Source of the DNA: Podarcis pityusensis
Lineage: Eukaryota
NCBI GenBank assembly: GCA_964106645.2
Contig: OZ067051.1
Direction: 5' to 3' (one strand)
Length of the DNA: 64,000 nt
Shown: one piece after another, positions 49,401 through 63,559 of the stretch
Layout: every line of letters begins with the position of its first letter
How positions within the stretch are numbered: position 1 is the stretch's first letter
The notes under the pieces: generated by a model
Seen by the model: only the letters and a program-made list of their open reading frames with translations
Database searches by the model: none
Told to the model about the DNA's origin: nothing
Program-made: the position numbers and the translations under genes

Positions 49401-50315
49401 CTGTTTTGATAAGTCTTCCCAGTGAAATGCATGAAATATTTGATTATTTATTATTGTGTTCAGTTACATTTTACTTTTATCTGACTACATAAAAATAAAT
49501 AAAAATGGGATGGGGGTAAATTGTAACATGGATTAAGGTTTTCCCCATGTTGTGGGGGAGGTAAATAGTTTGCCCCTGGGATGCCATTCTTAGCTGCAGT
49601 TTTGTGAAGGGCTTTACATGCAGTTCCGATTGGAGGGTTTGCTCAGTTTCTCCTTTCATAATGTTGCTGTGAAGATGTTGCGGATTTGCTCTTGGGGCTT
49701 GGGATGCAAGCTTGGGGCTGGGGGGCTGTCTCAGCTTAGCCTCATGGGGGTGGGCAATGTGGACCTCTGGGTGTTGCTGGACTGAAGCGCCCATCGTCTT
49801 TCACCATGTCGGCTGTGGCTGATAGGAGTTGTGGTTGCACAGCTGCTGGGGGGGGTGTGTGTGTGCCAAGTTGGTCTTCTAGCCTCGTGCAATGGGCCAC
49901 CAGCAATTAAAGCAGCAGCTGGGCTGGCTGGGAAGAGATTGACTGCTGGGCTGGCTGGGAAGAGATGTGGTGTGTAAACTGGTTACTGTACTCTTTCATG
50001 CTACTGAGGCTATGGGTGTGGGAGAAATGTGATTCAGTTCACATTTAAAGGTGGATCTATTTGATTCATACTTTGCAAAATGATACAAGAACCAAAACAA
50101 AGCCATCGTTTGAAATTTCCACTTCTCCGAATTTTGCAGTGCTGTTCTTCCACCAAGTAATGTGTGCAAAAATGCATAGAGTTAGGCAAAGTGTGCCTCA
50201 AAATGCATATGTAACATACATATTACTGTTAGGCATAATTGCATACTAAAAATTTCATACGAAAATGTGTATATTGGGAGAATTTTGTACGAGATGTTTC
50301 ACAAACTATACTCTA

Positions 50316-50673
50316 GTAAAGGTAAAGGTAAAGGGACCCCTGACCATTAGGTTCAGTCGTGACCGACTCTGGGGTTGCGGCGCTCATCTCGCTTTACTGG
50401 CCGAGGGAGCCGGTGTACAGCTTCTGGGTCATGTGGCCAGCATGACTAAGCCGCTTCTGGCGAACCAGAGCAGCGCACGGAAACGCCGTTTATCTTCCCG
50501 CTGGAGCGGTACCTATTTATCTACTTGCACTTTGATGTGCTTTTGAACTGCTAGGTTGGCAGGAGCAGGGACCGAGCAATGGGAGCTCACCCCGTCGCGG
50601 GGATTCGAACGACCGACCTTCTGATCGGCAAGTCCTAGGCTCTGTGGTTTAACCCACAGCGCCACCCGCGTCC
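50316..50673 (-). mobile_element. Sauria SINE (young, CpG-rich)
   Basis: Reverse complement of the family at 6710 and 30402; (ACCTTT)n tail read as ggtaaaggtaaagg. Confidence 0.92.
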
Positions 50674-53148
50674 AGCCTCACAAATAAATCTATAAAACCT
50701 AGTAGCCCAGACTAAATGTTACCTAGACAATCTCCCCCCCGCCACATTGTTAGTCATTTTGTACCTTTAAAGGAAAAGGGACAAAAAAACGCACACCAGA
50801 TGCACACACATATGTATATGTAATTTCTTTTTTTTCTTCTTTCTTTTTTGAAGGCTGATGTATTTTTATTACAGATTGTCTTGTTTTACAGTATATGTAA
50901 TTTCTGACTTGCTCCTTGGAGGCAATTTTTACAACTAGGCAAGTGGCTATCTACAAACCTGTTCTGGTGGCCATACCATGAGCCCAGCAGTGCTGTCACA
51001 GTTAGGCTTGGGCTGGCAGGCTGTGATAGAACTTGCCTGTATAAGGATCACTTTCTTGCTTTCAAGGAAGAGTCCCTGTCTGCACATGCTGGGCAGGGGG
51101 CAGCCTAGGCCGGCTGATCTGAGCGTGAGCTGGTATGATAGCTTCTGGAGAAAGGGTTGAACAGAGCTTGCCATCAGCAAGGTTTCAGGGATGTTCCATT
51201 TATCATATTTGTAATATGTGCTCTTAACTTTAATGTAAAATTCAATATTTTGGTATCAAAATATGTGTGTATGCCTTAGGGAATGCTTATTTGGTTAAGG
51301 CACATTAAAATATATATCCATAGGAAGAAATGCTGCTTCCCCACATGATGGGTGAAGTGGTGCAGGGCATAGGCCCTGATTTCCTCCTGAGCAGGAACAG
51401 GCTGCAGGCTCATGCATAATATCAAGTCATGGTTTACCAAGGTGTGATTGAGACTTGTGCTTTCCTGTTTCCTTTCTCTCCCTCCCTCTTGATCTCTGAT
51501 TCACTGAGTTACTTCGTCTTTAGCACAAATTGGAGGTTCCTCTTTTCATCCAAAATGGCAAACTCTCCCTCCAAGTCAGGATTGCAAACTCCCTTCTTTG
51601 CAGGCCTGGCGTGGAGGGCAAAGGGAGATGTCCTTCTCTTAAGACCGCCTAGTGAATGTGTTGCTTGTGCAAGACGTGGAATAGGAACTTCCTGGCTCCC
51701 CTTAGCCCCTGTAACATTCGGAAGAAGGAGCCACAGGGAAGATTCTTCTCTGCCTGAGACCCTGGGGAGCTGCTGCCAGTCAGAGAAGGCAATACTGGGC
51801 TAGGTGGAGAAAGAGTCTGAAATGATAGAAGGCAGCTTCCTAAATTCCATATCTTCTCATTTTGATTAGGAGCTGATTGAGAAAACAAGTAAACATAGTT
51901 TTTCAATAGCACCCACATGTTGCAACAGTAACATTTTCTGTAGCATTTGTCCCTGCAGCCTTTACACTTTCCAAATGCAACACAATGTCGCAATATCTTA
52001 ATTTGACTTGTACTGTACAATTCATTTTATGGTGTGCAGTTTCCTAATGGGAAGTTTATATATGCGTGTGCGCTTGAAATGCTTCATGCAATTAAGGCAC
52101 TTTAGTTGACCCATTGTTTTCTTAGCTCCTTCTTTTAAAGACCTTCATACTCTTAAATCTCTGAAGATAAGACTGCAAGACACTGGAACAATTAGGACAG
52201 CTGGTGGAAGTAACTCTTTGCAGGGGTGTATTAAGTGGTGTGTCTGACACAGGAACATTGCTAGGTACTTAGAAGATTTGGTGCGTGAGCCCATTGTCAC
52301 ACACATGCATGAAAATTAGAATTTATAAGTCACAGAAGGCAAGCCAGCTAATTTCCCACCCAAATCTCTCCATTATTTTTTAAATTTAATTTGCACCCCA
52401 CCACAGGTCACCCCAAATCAGTTCCTCTTTAATGCATCTTACCCCCAATTAATTTCCCAACAGATCTTGCTCCACATCAAATCAATTCTCCCTGTTCCCT
52501 GCCCCCCTTAGTCATCTTCTGCTAATTTATTCCCTCAAATTAGCACCATACAAAGGAACCCAGATCTTCAGCCCAAATCAGTTTCTCCCAAATGCATTGC
52601 CCACCAGGGAACACTTGGGACTGGGCTCCAAAGCTCAGCCTTAGCAACACCACTGATTTGCCATGATGCCCCTTCCTCAACTGCCTCCTCCTTGTGGTTC
52701 TCTGTGCCTCCTGTCTCCTGGTTTCACACCTCAAACTATTAAGTAACTCAATTCTAGTTTTACTGAGTTGTGAGAAAACCCATCTCTCCATCCTAACCCC
52801 AAGAAATGGCCTCTCTATCAAAACAGGGTTGACCCTAAAATGTGTTTGTGATGGATTTTTGCTACAGCTGCATCTTTCCCCTTTCCCCTTTTGCTTGAAC
52901 ATTTTGCTAATCTCCTTCTTAAAAACAAAACAAAACTCTTATTTGTGAACCTATCATTTTAAAAGCCTCATGGGCAGCCACCACAGAACGGAGCAGAGCT
53001 TGGGTCCCACTCAAAAACATCCTGTTACCTGACCAGGAGGCTGGTGAAGGACAACCCCTTAGCTTGGACTTGCATTCAGTGACACTTAAGATTAACCTAC
53101 TGAGGAAAAAGCTGCCTTTGTGGAATCAGGATGTGTGTGCTTGAATTA

Positions 53149-53504
53149 CAGTGGTGCCTCGCAAGACAAAATTAATTCGTTCCGCAAGTTTTTTCGTCTT
53201 GCGGTTTTTTTCGTCTTGCGAAGCACGGTGTCGGAAAAGCTTTGGAAAAGCTTCAAAAATCACCAAAGTCCTCAAAAACCTCAAAAAAGACTACCACACC
53301 GCGTGCTATGAGTTGCTCCTCAAAGTCAAGTCGCAACTGTATTAACGGTTTTAAGAAAAAGGAAACAAACTTGCAAGACGTTTCCGTCTTGCGAAGCAAG
53401 CCCATAGGGAAAATCGTCTTGCGAAGCAACTCAAAAAAACGGAAAACCCTTTCGTTTTGCGAGTTTTCCGTCTTGCGAGGCATTCGTCTTGCGAGGTACC
53501 ACTG
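53149..53504. mobile_element. pogo/Tigger-like MITE with repeated TCGTCTTGCG subterminal motifs
   Basis: TA|CAGTGGTGCCTCGCAAGAC ... GTCTTGCGAGGTACCACTG|TA. Confidence 0.9.
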
Positions 53505-56104
53505 TAATTCTGCAGGATTTGCTTTACTTTCCTCACTCACTATGAAGTGAAGTGGCAAGCACAAGGAACTTGGTTTTCTGAAAATCTGTGTCCAGCCAAA
53601 GGATTCTGATGCCACCTTGTTTACTGTGTGCCAATTTTCAATGGTTTGCCTCAGGCTGGGACTTGTCGCCGTGTGAGAATCCCGCAAGAGAAATTGTGTC
53701 ATGAACTTGGTTTCTCATCTCAAAGTGACAAACCAATGCATAAAGTCTACTGGCTGAATTTGGATTCCACAGTCAGCTTTCAGTTTGGGGCAAAATCTCA
53801 GCATCAGGTGGTGTCATGTTTGCCATTTGGAATTTCCACCTTCAGCATTAAGTGTTTGGGACAGACTTGCTTCTAGACTCTCTTGTTCATGGGAATAGCT
53901 CCAGAAGCATTCCTGTGGGAAGTGTGTGTTGTGGTGGATCTGAACCCCTGCCTGGCTTTTCCAAAGAAGAGCCCTTCCTGGATGAAGACATCAGTGTAGC
54001 TTGGATCTGGGTGCAGGCATAAATTTAGCTCAAATTCAGCTTGGATCTTTTTATTGTGCATTGCCTTGACTATTGTGCAGAAAGTGATTAATAAATCAAT
54101 GGTGATTTTTTCTTTCTTGGGAAAATTTCATTGTAACAGCATAGCCTGACTTGGAGTCAGGCCACTTCCTATTGTCTGTCTAGCTCTGTCTACTCTGACT
54201 GGCACTGACTCTCCAGGGGGATCTCAGGGTTCTTTCCCCATCACCAGCTACCTGATTCTTCTAGCCAGGGATGGAATCTGGGACCTTCTGCAGGCAAATC
54301 ATGCATGCTATCCCTGAGCCAAATGGTCCTTCTCCAGACATGTGTCTACATGGGTGTAGACACTCCATTAGAGACAACCCTCTGATACCTAAAGATTGCT
54401 TTGATTTTCACTTGCATGTGAAGAAGACTCCAGTGGGCATGTGGCCTGAGGGGGAAGGGTGAGCATCATCTAAGAGAGCATTTTGTAAGTAGGTAAGCAA
54501 AAAGGATACCTTAGGCATTGGTTCCCCACCTCCCTATTTGACATGAGGCAGTATGGCTTGGAAGCAGCAGGGATGACCTAGGATGGGAGAAGGATTACCC
54601 AAGCTGGTGCTTTCATGGCTAGCTGCTGTTGATAAATGTGTGTGCTTTGGAAGAGAATATGGGCAGTGCAGGGAAGTACTGCTGGAGGGGACAGAGATAG
54701 ACTGGCTGTGCAATGGTTGACATATCAAGGACCCAGGCCGAGGCTTAATGGCATGTGATGGAGCTCAGCAGGTCTGCATCTGGTCAGTACCTAACAGGAG
54801 ATCACCCAGAAGCTCCCATGTCTGTCTCCTTGACTTCTGTGATAGAAGAGGAGTTTTATGGTTTTCATGCGGAAGGTCCCAGGCTGGGAGAGAATCTTGC
54901 CCGAGACCCTGGGCAGCTGCTGCTCTTCAACATAAACAGTACTGAGCTCCATGGACCGATGTTCTCACTCGGCACGAGGTGGTTTCTTGTGCTCTCCACC
55001 CCAAGGAGTCTTTACAATATGCAATAACTTCTCCCCCCCCCTCCCCACCCGCCCACATTTCCCATCACAATGACAGGCAATTTGTTAGTTTTTAAATAGC
55101 ACCTGATATCTAGTGGCAGACATTTTATTACAGCAACCTTTAGGTCAGAGGCAGAATGTGCATGGAATCCAAATATTCCTTCTTCTTGGTCTCCATTTAT
55201 TTCCTGTTATAATCACAGGCTTGCATCCATAAGTCACTTAAGTGTGCCAAACGGGGCTTTTCTGGGAAAGACAGAAAGGTTGGCTTATGAGGTTATTTGC
55301 TACCATAGGCAGAGCGAAGAGGGAACATGAGAAGAACCATACCGGATCAGGTCCATGACCCATCTAGTCCAACATCCTGTTCTCTCAGTGGCCAAGCAGA
55401 TAACCTGTGGGAAGCCAGCAAGCAGGATCCGAGCACAAGAGGCCCCTCTGCTCAAACAACTGGTATTCAGAAGCATTGGCGCTTCCCCCTGCGGGGGCAG
55501 GGCAGAGCCCCCGAGAGCCCTCTCCTCCCTTCCTCCCTAGCGCCAAGGATTCTGTGGCCAGCCAGGCCAAGGAATCACCACAAGAGTCATGAAACAGGTA
55601 CCATGACATAGTAAATGGGCTTATAATTGTCCCATTCAAGGCTCAGTGGCCTGGTCTACCCGTATGATTAAGTCCACAGTCAGATGCAGTAAATGGTTCT
55701 GAAGGCCAGTTGCTGGAAACTGCAGGAGGGGGAGCATGCTCTTGTGCTCAGGTCTGGTTTGTGGGTTTCCCATTGGCCACTGGGAGAACAAGATTCTGGA
55801 CTAGATGGGCCATTCGCCTGATCCAGCAGACAACGGAAGCTCCTGGGTGGCTGGAGGCTTTGCCAGCAGAAGCTGACGGAGGCAGAGGCTGCGGCTGCAT
55901 AAAAGGCAGTGAAGGGGCTGAAAGTGGGGTAGGTGCAAGGGGACTGGATGTTGAGACCATTGGTGTGGGTTGGCAGAGTGACCACTCACTGGGTCCCTTC
56001 CTGGGACTGGACTCCTCACCTGTAGCTTCTCCCTCTGATGTTTCTCAGTGTCCTGATGTGACTTGCCCCATCTGCTGCAGGCAATGCAGATATATTTTTT
56101 TTGC

Positions 56105-56107
<3 letters not shown>

Positions 56108-56148
<41 letters not shown>
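56108..56148 (+). repeat. (GT)n microsatellite
   Basis: Read directly. Confidence 0.9.
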
Positions 56149-56153
<5 letters not shown>

Positions 56154-56945
56154 GGGTTGTTGTTGTTTTAACTGTCCTTTGTGGTTTTATAGGCTGGTTT
56201 TATCCTATGAACTGCCCTGAGACCTGCAGGCAAAGGGTGGTATATAAATTCTATAAAAGCATCCTCATCCTCATTCCTCTCCAGAGTTTTCAGCTGCCAC
56301 CTCTTTGGGCACCCCCCCCACCCTTTGTCCTGATCTGAGCAGCCCCTCCATGATGGCTCCTCAAGGCCCATGACAAATGGTGTAAGCAAGTGACACATGT
56401 GGTCAGGGCCAGCGTTCCCGTTTAGGAAGATGCAAATAGCAGGTCCTGGTCTTCTGTCTTTTCACACTCCACTTTGGAGGGTTAACAAAAACAAGTCCAA
56501 ATAAATGCTCAGAGAGTTTGGCATCTGTTGACAGCATCACCCCTGGGCACAGCAGTTTGCATAGAATGTCTCCATTAGGAAATATGTTTTTTGAATTAGT
56601 TCCTCACAAAAGAGAATTGGGAAATAACTGTGTGTCTTTCTTATGCCTTGGCCACTTCTTTGAAAAACAAAAAGCTAAACACATGCACACACATTTAAAA
56701 GTATTGTGTCACTGGTAATAGGCATGGAGAAATCAGAATTCTGATTCCGCATTTTCCAGCTTGAACACTTCTTCATCCACATTTCATATATTATCACAAT
56801 TTTGCCTAATATGCACATTTGCAAGCTATTTTCACACATATACTTTTTGTTGTTGAAGAACGGCATTACAAAATTTGGAGAAGTGTGGACTAGGTACCAA
56901 ATTGACTTATATCCTACCTTTAAGGGAAAACAGGTTTTGAGTATA

Positions 56946-56990
<45 letters not shown>

Positions 56991-57050
56991 TTATTTATAT
57001 CCCGCCCTCCCCAGCCAAGACCGGGCTCAGGGTGGCTAACAACCAATAAT
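56946..57050 (-). mobile_element. (AAT)n-tailed LINE (L2-type) 3' end; near-identical stub at ~11152-11240
   Basis: (AAT)n followed by ttatttatatcccgccctccccagcc...ccgggctcaggg...gctaacaac at both sites. Confidence 0.6.
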
Positions 57051-57496
57051 AAATGGGGCAATAAGATGGGGCAGGTTTAAGACTATTTCCCCTCTGCTAC
57101 TTCATGACAGTCAACTTAGGGACATGGATTTAATTATGTAGAACAACTTGATGTATTAGGGTCCAAGGGAGCAGAACTGTGGTATATTGGATGGCAAATA
57201 GAAAGCAAAGGGATTCTGTTAACATTGCTGATTGTAAATTCTCCAGTCACAGAAAAGATTTATAGATAGGTCAATAAAGCAAAGCTAAATAATTAATGCA
57301 TTTATTTTATTTCGGTGCTTGAAATATTTCACAGCTAAAATCTCAATCCTGTCTCAGGGTGTTTGGTTAGCTTAAAACAAAGAAATGCAGCACATGACCT
57401 GGATCAAAATACAAATGTACATATTTCTCCAGGGGCTAGAATGGGGAGACCTTAAGGTCCTGAGGTCCTGGGCCGTGTAGATTTTATTTTAAATCT

Positions 57497-57534
<38 letters not shown>

Positions 57535-58483
57535 ACAAGCTTGGTATAGCTGAAACTAATTTCTCTCTCTCTCTCTGTTGGAAGACATTAAAAAAAATGA
57601 AATGAAATTCAAGTGATGTCCAGTGACTTCCCTGAATGCCCTTCTTTTATATATGCTTACACGGAGGTGGTTTTTAGCTCTTTGGGATTACAGTAAATCT
57701 TTCTCTGTACAGAATCTCTCTTGGAACCATGTATCTCAGTTGTCCCCTGTTTGGTATAACTGGAACCATCCGCTAACAGTTGATCTAATTAGAAGTAATG
57801 ATTTCAACCCAAAAAAGCTATTAAGATTAATGGACTCCTGGGAAAGGATAGCATTGCTTGAGCTGCATTTTGGCGCAGAAGACGAGGCTGTGTGCATTTA
57901 GTTTGCATAGAAGTAAATGGACCTGAGTGAATGAGGTGTTACTCCCATTAAAGTGAGGAGAGCTTTTTCCTGCTGCTGCTTCTGAGCTCAGCATGGCAGG
58001 ATCCCCTCAGAGGGAGACCAGCTCACTTTGGGAGCTCCAGCCTTACAGCTTGCATTTTTAATTTTAGTTCATAAAATAGATATACTGCTTGTTTGTAAAA
58101 ACAAACCAACACAAAGCAGTTTACACAAAGAACAAAACGCTAAAATTATCAGTAAAAGCCGTTAAAAACAGCTATTTAAAACATTCAGAAAATAATTAAA
58201 ATTGATGAGCTAAAAGCCATTTAAAACACATGGCAACATTCTACATGTCTAAACAAAAATCTTTTTTGCTTAGGCTGTAAAGAGTACAGTGAAGGTGTCT
58301 GCCTGATGTCAATAGGCCGGGAGTTCCGAAGTGTAGGTGCCCCATGTTAAAATATCTTCTTCTTTTACAAGCGCAGAATGAGTATTATGTGGCACCTGTA
58401 AGAGACCTGCAGATCAAAGGGGTCAAGTGGAAGGCTTTCTCACAAGTAAACTCTTCCCAGGTGGTTAAGGGATTTTTACAATA

Positions 58484-59132
58484 CAGTGGTGCCTCGCAAG
58501 ACGAAATTAATTCGTTCCGCAAGTCTCTTCGTCTTGCGGGTTTTTCGTCTTGCGATGCACGGTTTCCCATAGGAATGCATTGAAAATCAATTAATGCGTT
58601 CCTAGGGAAACCGCCTTCAGGCCAGGTCCGGGGACAGTCTGTCCCCGGACCTCTTCTGAAGGCTGGGGGGGGGGGGGGACAAGGGCTTTTCTTCCCACCC
58701 CCAGCATTTTAAAAAACCCCAGGACAGCGGAGGACTTCTCCGCTGTCCGGGCGATCTTAAAATGCTGGCGGGCGGCATTTTAAAATCGCCCCGGGACAGC
58801 GGAGGACTTCTCCGCTGTCCGGGGCGATTTAAAAGCCCCTGGGAAGGCAGGCAGGGGGGACAAAGACTTTTGCCCCCCGCCAGCCTTCAGAAGGTGTTCC
58901 CGCCCCCCACCCCGCTTCGGAGCACCGGGAGAAGCGATCTCCCCGCAAACCCTTGCTTCAAAAGAGGTCCGGGGGCAGCGCGAAGAGAAGACCCGCTGTC
59001 CCCGGGGCAAGCTTCGTTTTGCGAAGCAAGCCCATAGGGAAATTCGTCTTGCGAGGCAACTCGAAAACGAAAAAACCTTTCGTTTTGCGAGTTTTTCGTC
59101 TCGCGAGGCGTTCGTCTTGCGGGGTACCACTG
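58484..59132. mobile_element. MITE of the same family as 53149-53504, carrying a GC-rich multi-hairpin interior
   Basis: Same TIRs and subterminal arms as the 53.1 kb copy; TA TSD; different interior. Confidence 0.9.
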
Positions 59133-61418
59133 TACAGTAATAATAGCAACACCTGGAACCTGGCCTGTGAGGACAATCACAAGCCCTGGGTTGGTCCTTG
59201 TAGACACGAGGTGACAGGTGGTGCCTTTGAGGACAACTGCCGGACCTGCAAGGGTGTGGCAGGAAAGTGACCGTGGTGGTGCAGGAAAATTAAGGTGACA
59301 GCGTGCCAGGTTCTAGGTCCTTGTATTAATTTACAAAGTCCAGAGCAACATAGGTCCAGGGACCTCAGGGACCTCCTGAACTCTTGAATTGCAGCTCAGT
59401 CCCTGAGATCTGCTGCAGGAATGTCATTGATTGTTCCCCAGGTTGGTGATACTCTTGACAAGAGAGATCAGCAAAACTTGTGCCAATTTCTAAATGCCTG
59501 TTGAAAACTTTTCTGTTCCATTAGGCTTATGCGAGCAATTAAGAATACATCTTTCCAAAATAGTGGGCTGATTTCTGTTTTTAACTTTTTAATATGGTTT
59601 TTATTGTATGGTCAGGGCAGACTTTGGTAATCTTTGGTACTATGGCACCCTGAGCAAGGCCAAAATTTGGCGCCCCCAAATGGATCCTCTCCATTTTCTG
59701 CCCCGTCGCCTTGGCACCCTGTGCGGGGGAGCTGACCTCACCACCCTAAATCCAGGGCTGGTATCATTTTATGTACAATTGTTGTCAACCTTTGCTCAGT
59801 TTTAAAAAATGAATAGTGGTATATAAATAGTTTTACAAATAAAAAATAATGCTGAGAGGTGAGGAGTGGTTTCCTGAGATATTTAAGATTAAGTATGGAG
59901 TGCTTTAGATGGTAAATAGTTTGTGAAGAACTGGACCATGTGATCACTCTGTGTGTGTAATTGTGTCCAAGAAATTCTTGGTCCAGCTTGGGGCGGGGAG
60001 AGGGAGGGAGGGAGTGTGCAACTGTATTACTGCTTTAGCAGATCCTGAGTGCAGTGCAGACCAGGTTTTTATTTTCTCATCAGCTGAAAGCAGTGGTCTG
60101 GCCCATTAGGCCGAGTGAGACAGCTGCTTCAGGCGGCAGATGCCAGGGTGTGGCAGCAACCTCTTGGATCTCTTCCTGAAACCCCTAAGCCTGGCTGCTT
60201 CACTTGTCTGCTGGCCCTCTGCTATGGTGGAGGAGGATGCTGTGCCAGCCATTGCCAGCGCAGAAGTCACATTCAGCTGCCAGCCAAGTCAGTTTCTGGA
60301 TGTGGAGTGGGGTCACCGTCTTGTCCTTTGCGACAGGCAGCAAAATGCCTCAGTCTGCCCATGAGCAAATCTCCAGTATCTTCTGGTTGTGGCAGTTTGC
60401 TATGTTGGCTACAAGTGTGCAACTCTCTCTGTGTGCATGGACCAACCAGGATTCTGCAGGCTTTGTGTCCTCCCCCACTTGCAAGAGTCCCCCGTTCCTT
60501 TGTGTGTGCCTCATGTGACTCTGTCCTTCATCAAACTATTTCATATAGAGCACCAGGGATGGAGACATTGTTCCTCCACTGTTGGATTTCAGAGACTCGG
60601 GTTTAGGGAGATTATTTATACAGCAGGATTTAGTATCTGCCAGTGCTCTGTTTGCTTGATATCACTAGGGACCAGTTCTTCCATAAATCCTCATCCTCAG
60701 ACGATAAGCCTTTTTTTTTTTTTTTTTTTTTTTTGCAGAGAGCTGAATAAAAATAATTTCCTCCCAACCACCTGCAGTTAAAGTTCTTAATGTCATGGAT
60801 TTTTAATCTCAAATGGTCTGGGGAAGCAAAAGCTCATCTATTATATGCTGCATTTAAATATGGGACTTTATTTTTCATTCCTCCCCCCCTCACTCTGCTG
60901 AAATGTTAAAGCAGGCCTGGTGATTTGTCCAGGAGTGACCCCCAGGAACAGCTTCTGATGCTGACTGTTAGGTTAAAGTGAAATGAAGCCAAATGCAGAT
61001 TGTGGTGCTGTGTTTCTGCACTGCATTTCTCCCAATGTTTTGGGGACACAGGATGACTCCTGCCTGCTCACTTCTTCATCCAAAGTGGGGGAATCATCTG
61101 GAGGGGTGAATTAAAATGGCTTCTTCTAGTCTCCCATCTTCTATACCAGCCTTGCCCAACCAATCCTTAGCACCCTTAACAAACTACAGTTCCCACAATT
61201 CTTGGTGGGAAGTCCTGTGCTTTAAATGTGTTTTGTATGTCCCTTAAGTGTGGATCTGCCCTGTTTTTTACCAAAAATTCAAGGAACAATTTTCAGCACT
61301 GGCAAAGCTACCAGTGAGCCGTTTGAGTAGTTTTTGCTCCTCTATTTTCTTCTCCCACCTCCTCCTGTCAAATGTTGCTAGAATTGTTGTGCAATCTGCT
61401 TTGTTCCTTCCCAATTTT

Positions 61419-62596
61419 TTCATTTTAAAATATTTTTTATTGTTTTTTACACATGTTTTCCAAACATAACATCCCATCTTATACAGTATAACAAACCTTT
61501 GGCTATCACAGCCTAGGACTTCCATCAACCTCGACTAATGGTTCCCTAGCTTTCTTTCTGATTTTGCATTTTATTTTAATAGTTATTGCTATAAAATCCA
61601 AATCCTCAATAAACTCCTTCTTAGTCCTTTTTCACAATAATTAATATAGTTCCCATTACAAAACTTCTTGCAACCCTACAAGCGATGTCAATTGATTACA
61701 ATTGTCTTTCAAATATATCATAAATTTCTTCTTATCTTTCAGGAAAGTCTGGTCTTGCTGGTTCCGAATTTTCCTAGCTAATTTCGCCAACTCTGCATAA
61801 TCCATCAGTTTCATCTGCCACTCTTCTTTTGTTGGTAGTTCTTCTTGCGTCCATCGCTGGGCTAATAGTATTCTTGCTGCAGTTGTCACAGATAAAAACA
61901 ATTTTGTAATATATAATTTTTATATATATAATGTACCTACTATACCAAGTAAAAGGGCTTCTGGCTTTTTTGCAAATGTATTTTTCAACATTTTAAAAAT
62001 CTCATTATAAATCATTTCCCAGAAGTCCTTTACTTTCTTACATTCCCACCACATATGGTAAAAAGTACCTTCTTTTTCTAGCATTTGTTATTTGTTTTGT
62101 ACATTTTAGCTAATTTCACTGGTGTTATATACCATCTGTACATCATTTTCATTCTATCTTCCTTTAAAGCACTGCAGGCAGTGAAAATTATCCCCTCTTT
62201 CCATAATTTTTCCCAATCTTCTAATTGTATATTATGACCAATATCTTTAGCCCAGTGTATCATGACTGATTTAACTTCTTCATCTTTCAAATCCCATTCA
62301 AGTAATAATTTATACATTTTGGATAATATTTTAACTTTGTTATTTAACAATTCTAATTTGAATTTCGATTTTGTATATCCAAATCCATTTTTCTTTTTAT
62401 CATCATTAAACATTTTGTTAATTTGACAACAATGCAACCAATCATTCACAAAACCTTTAACTTCCTCATATGGTTTTAATTTCCATTAGTTATCCATCTC
62501 CTTCACTATTTGTTCATAGGTGGCCCAATGTCTCCTCATATTTATCTTTTTCACACTCATTACCTCAAGAGGCGAGAGCCACCATGGTGTCTTATG
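61419..62596 (-). mobile_element. 5'-truncated L1-clade LINE
   Basis: Minus-strand ILSKMYKLLLEW...FTACSALKE...YRWYITPVKLAK and TTAARILLAQRW...EWQMKLMDYAEL are homologous to the 14.4 kb L1. 16-bp TSD gttccttcccaatttt (61403-61418 and 62597-62612). Confidence 0.9.
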
Positions 62597-63559
62597 GTTC
62601 CTTCCCAATTTTCTTTTGGGTGTCTTGTGTATGTGTGCAATACCTGAGATGAGAATAGTTCATAAAGTGTCTTGTATGACACAGAAGCACACTTACCCTG
62701 AAGGCATTGCATTAATTAATATTCCATCTGTGGTTGTAGCTGCAAACTCATTTATCATACTGCCTTGAGAAATAAGAGGCTAAATTATTGATTTAATTAT
62801 CATAATGCAGGCTGTCCTTGCATGGATTGTGACCTGATGGGCTTGCGATAAAACTGGCAATCTCTTTCAGCACAGCAGTGGTGAATCAATCTTTTGTGCA
62901 ATTTTAAACTGTTGTGAAAATACACACAAGGGTAAACATGTTGGTCTATAAGGAAAAGGAGCCTGCAGAGTCCACAGCTGGGTAATAATTTTGTTCACAG
63001 CACCCAAAAATTCACAAAAATTTGGTAAGCTTCTGTGATCCAGCAGAGACAGTCTTAGATTCTTAGTGGTATTGTGTTGCTGTTGTAGGCAAATATATCA
63101 GCGCTAAACAGCAATAGTTGGAACGAGAAACATTGCTTTTGGTGAGGAGTAGTGAAGTTGTGGTTCTCCAGATGCTGCTGAAGTACAATTCCCATAAATC
63201 CATTCCATTGGCAGTGCTAGCTGGGCCTGATGGGAGTTGCAGCACAGCAGCATCTTGACAGCCGCAGCTCAGTCTCCCTTCCTTTAGGTGGACACCTTCT
63301 AAACTCTTCTTGTTGTCACCTGTTCCTGCAGCATTGGCTGTATTCCTGGTTCCATTAATCCCATACGGTGTAAGGAAAGTTTACACACAACATTTGGGCC
63401 TTTAAAGTCGCGCGGTGTTTCTGCAACTTGGGTCCTCTGCTGTTGTTGGACTACAACTTCCATCACCCCTAGATAGCAGGGCCAGTGGTCAGGGATGATG
63501 GGAGTTATAGTCCAGCAACAGCAAGGGACCCAAGTTGGAGAAGCACTCGTACAGAGAAA

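Noticed and set aside
49918-49966. Tandem duplication of gctgggctggctgggaagagat
   Set aside because: Simple local two-copy duplication with no further structure.
53149-53504. Regularly recurring TCGTCTTGCG motif resembling a repeat-spacer array
   Set aside because: These are subterminal repeats of a MITE with irregular spacing in a vertebrate genome, not CRISPR.
60115-60781. Cys-rich ORFs of 100-163 aa
   Set aside because: No domain pattern or consistent exon boundaries; expected by chance in intronic DNA.
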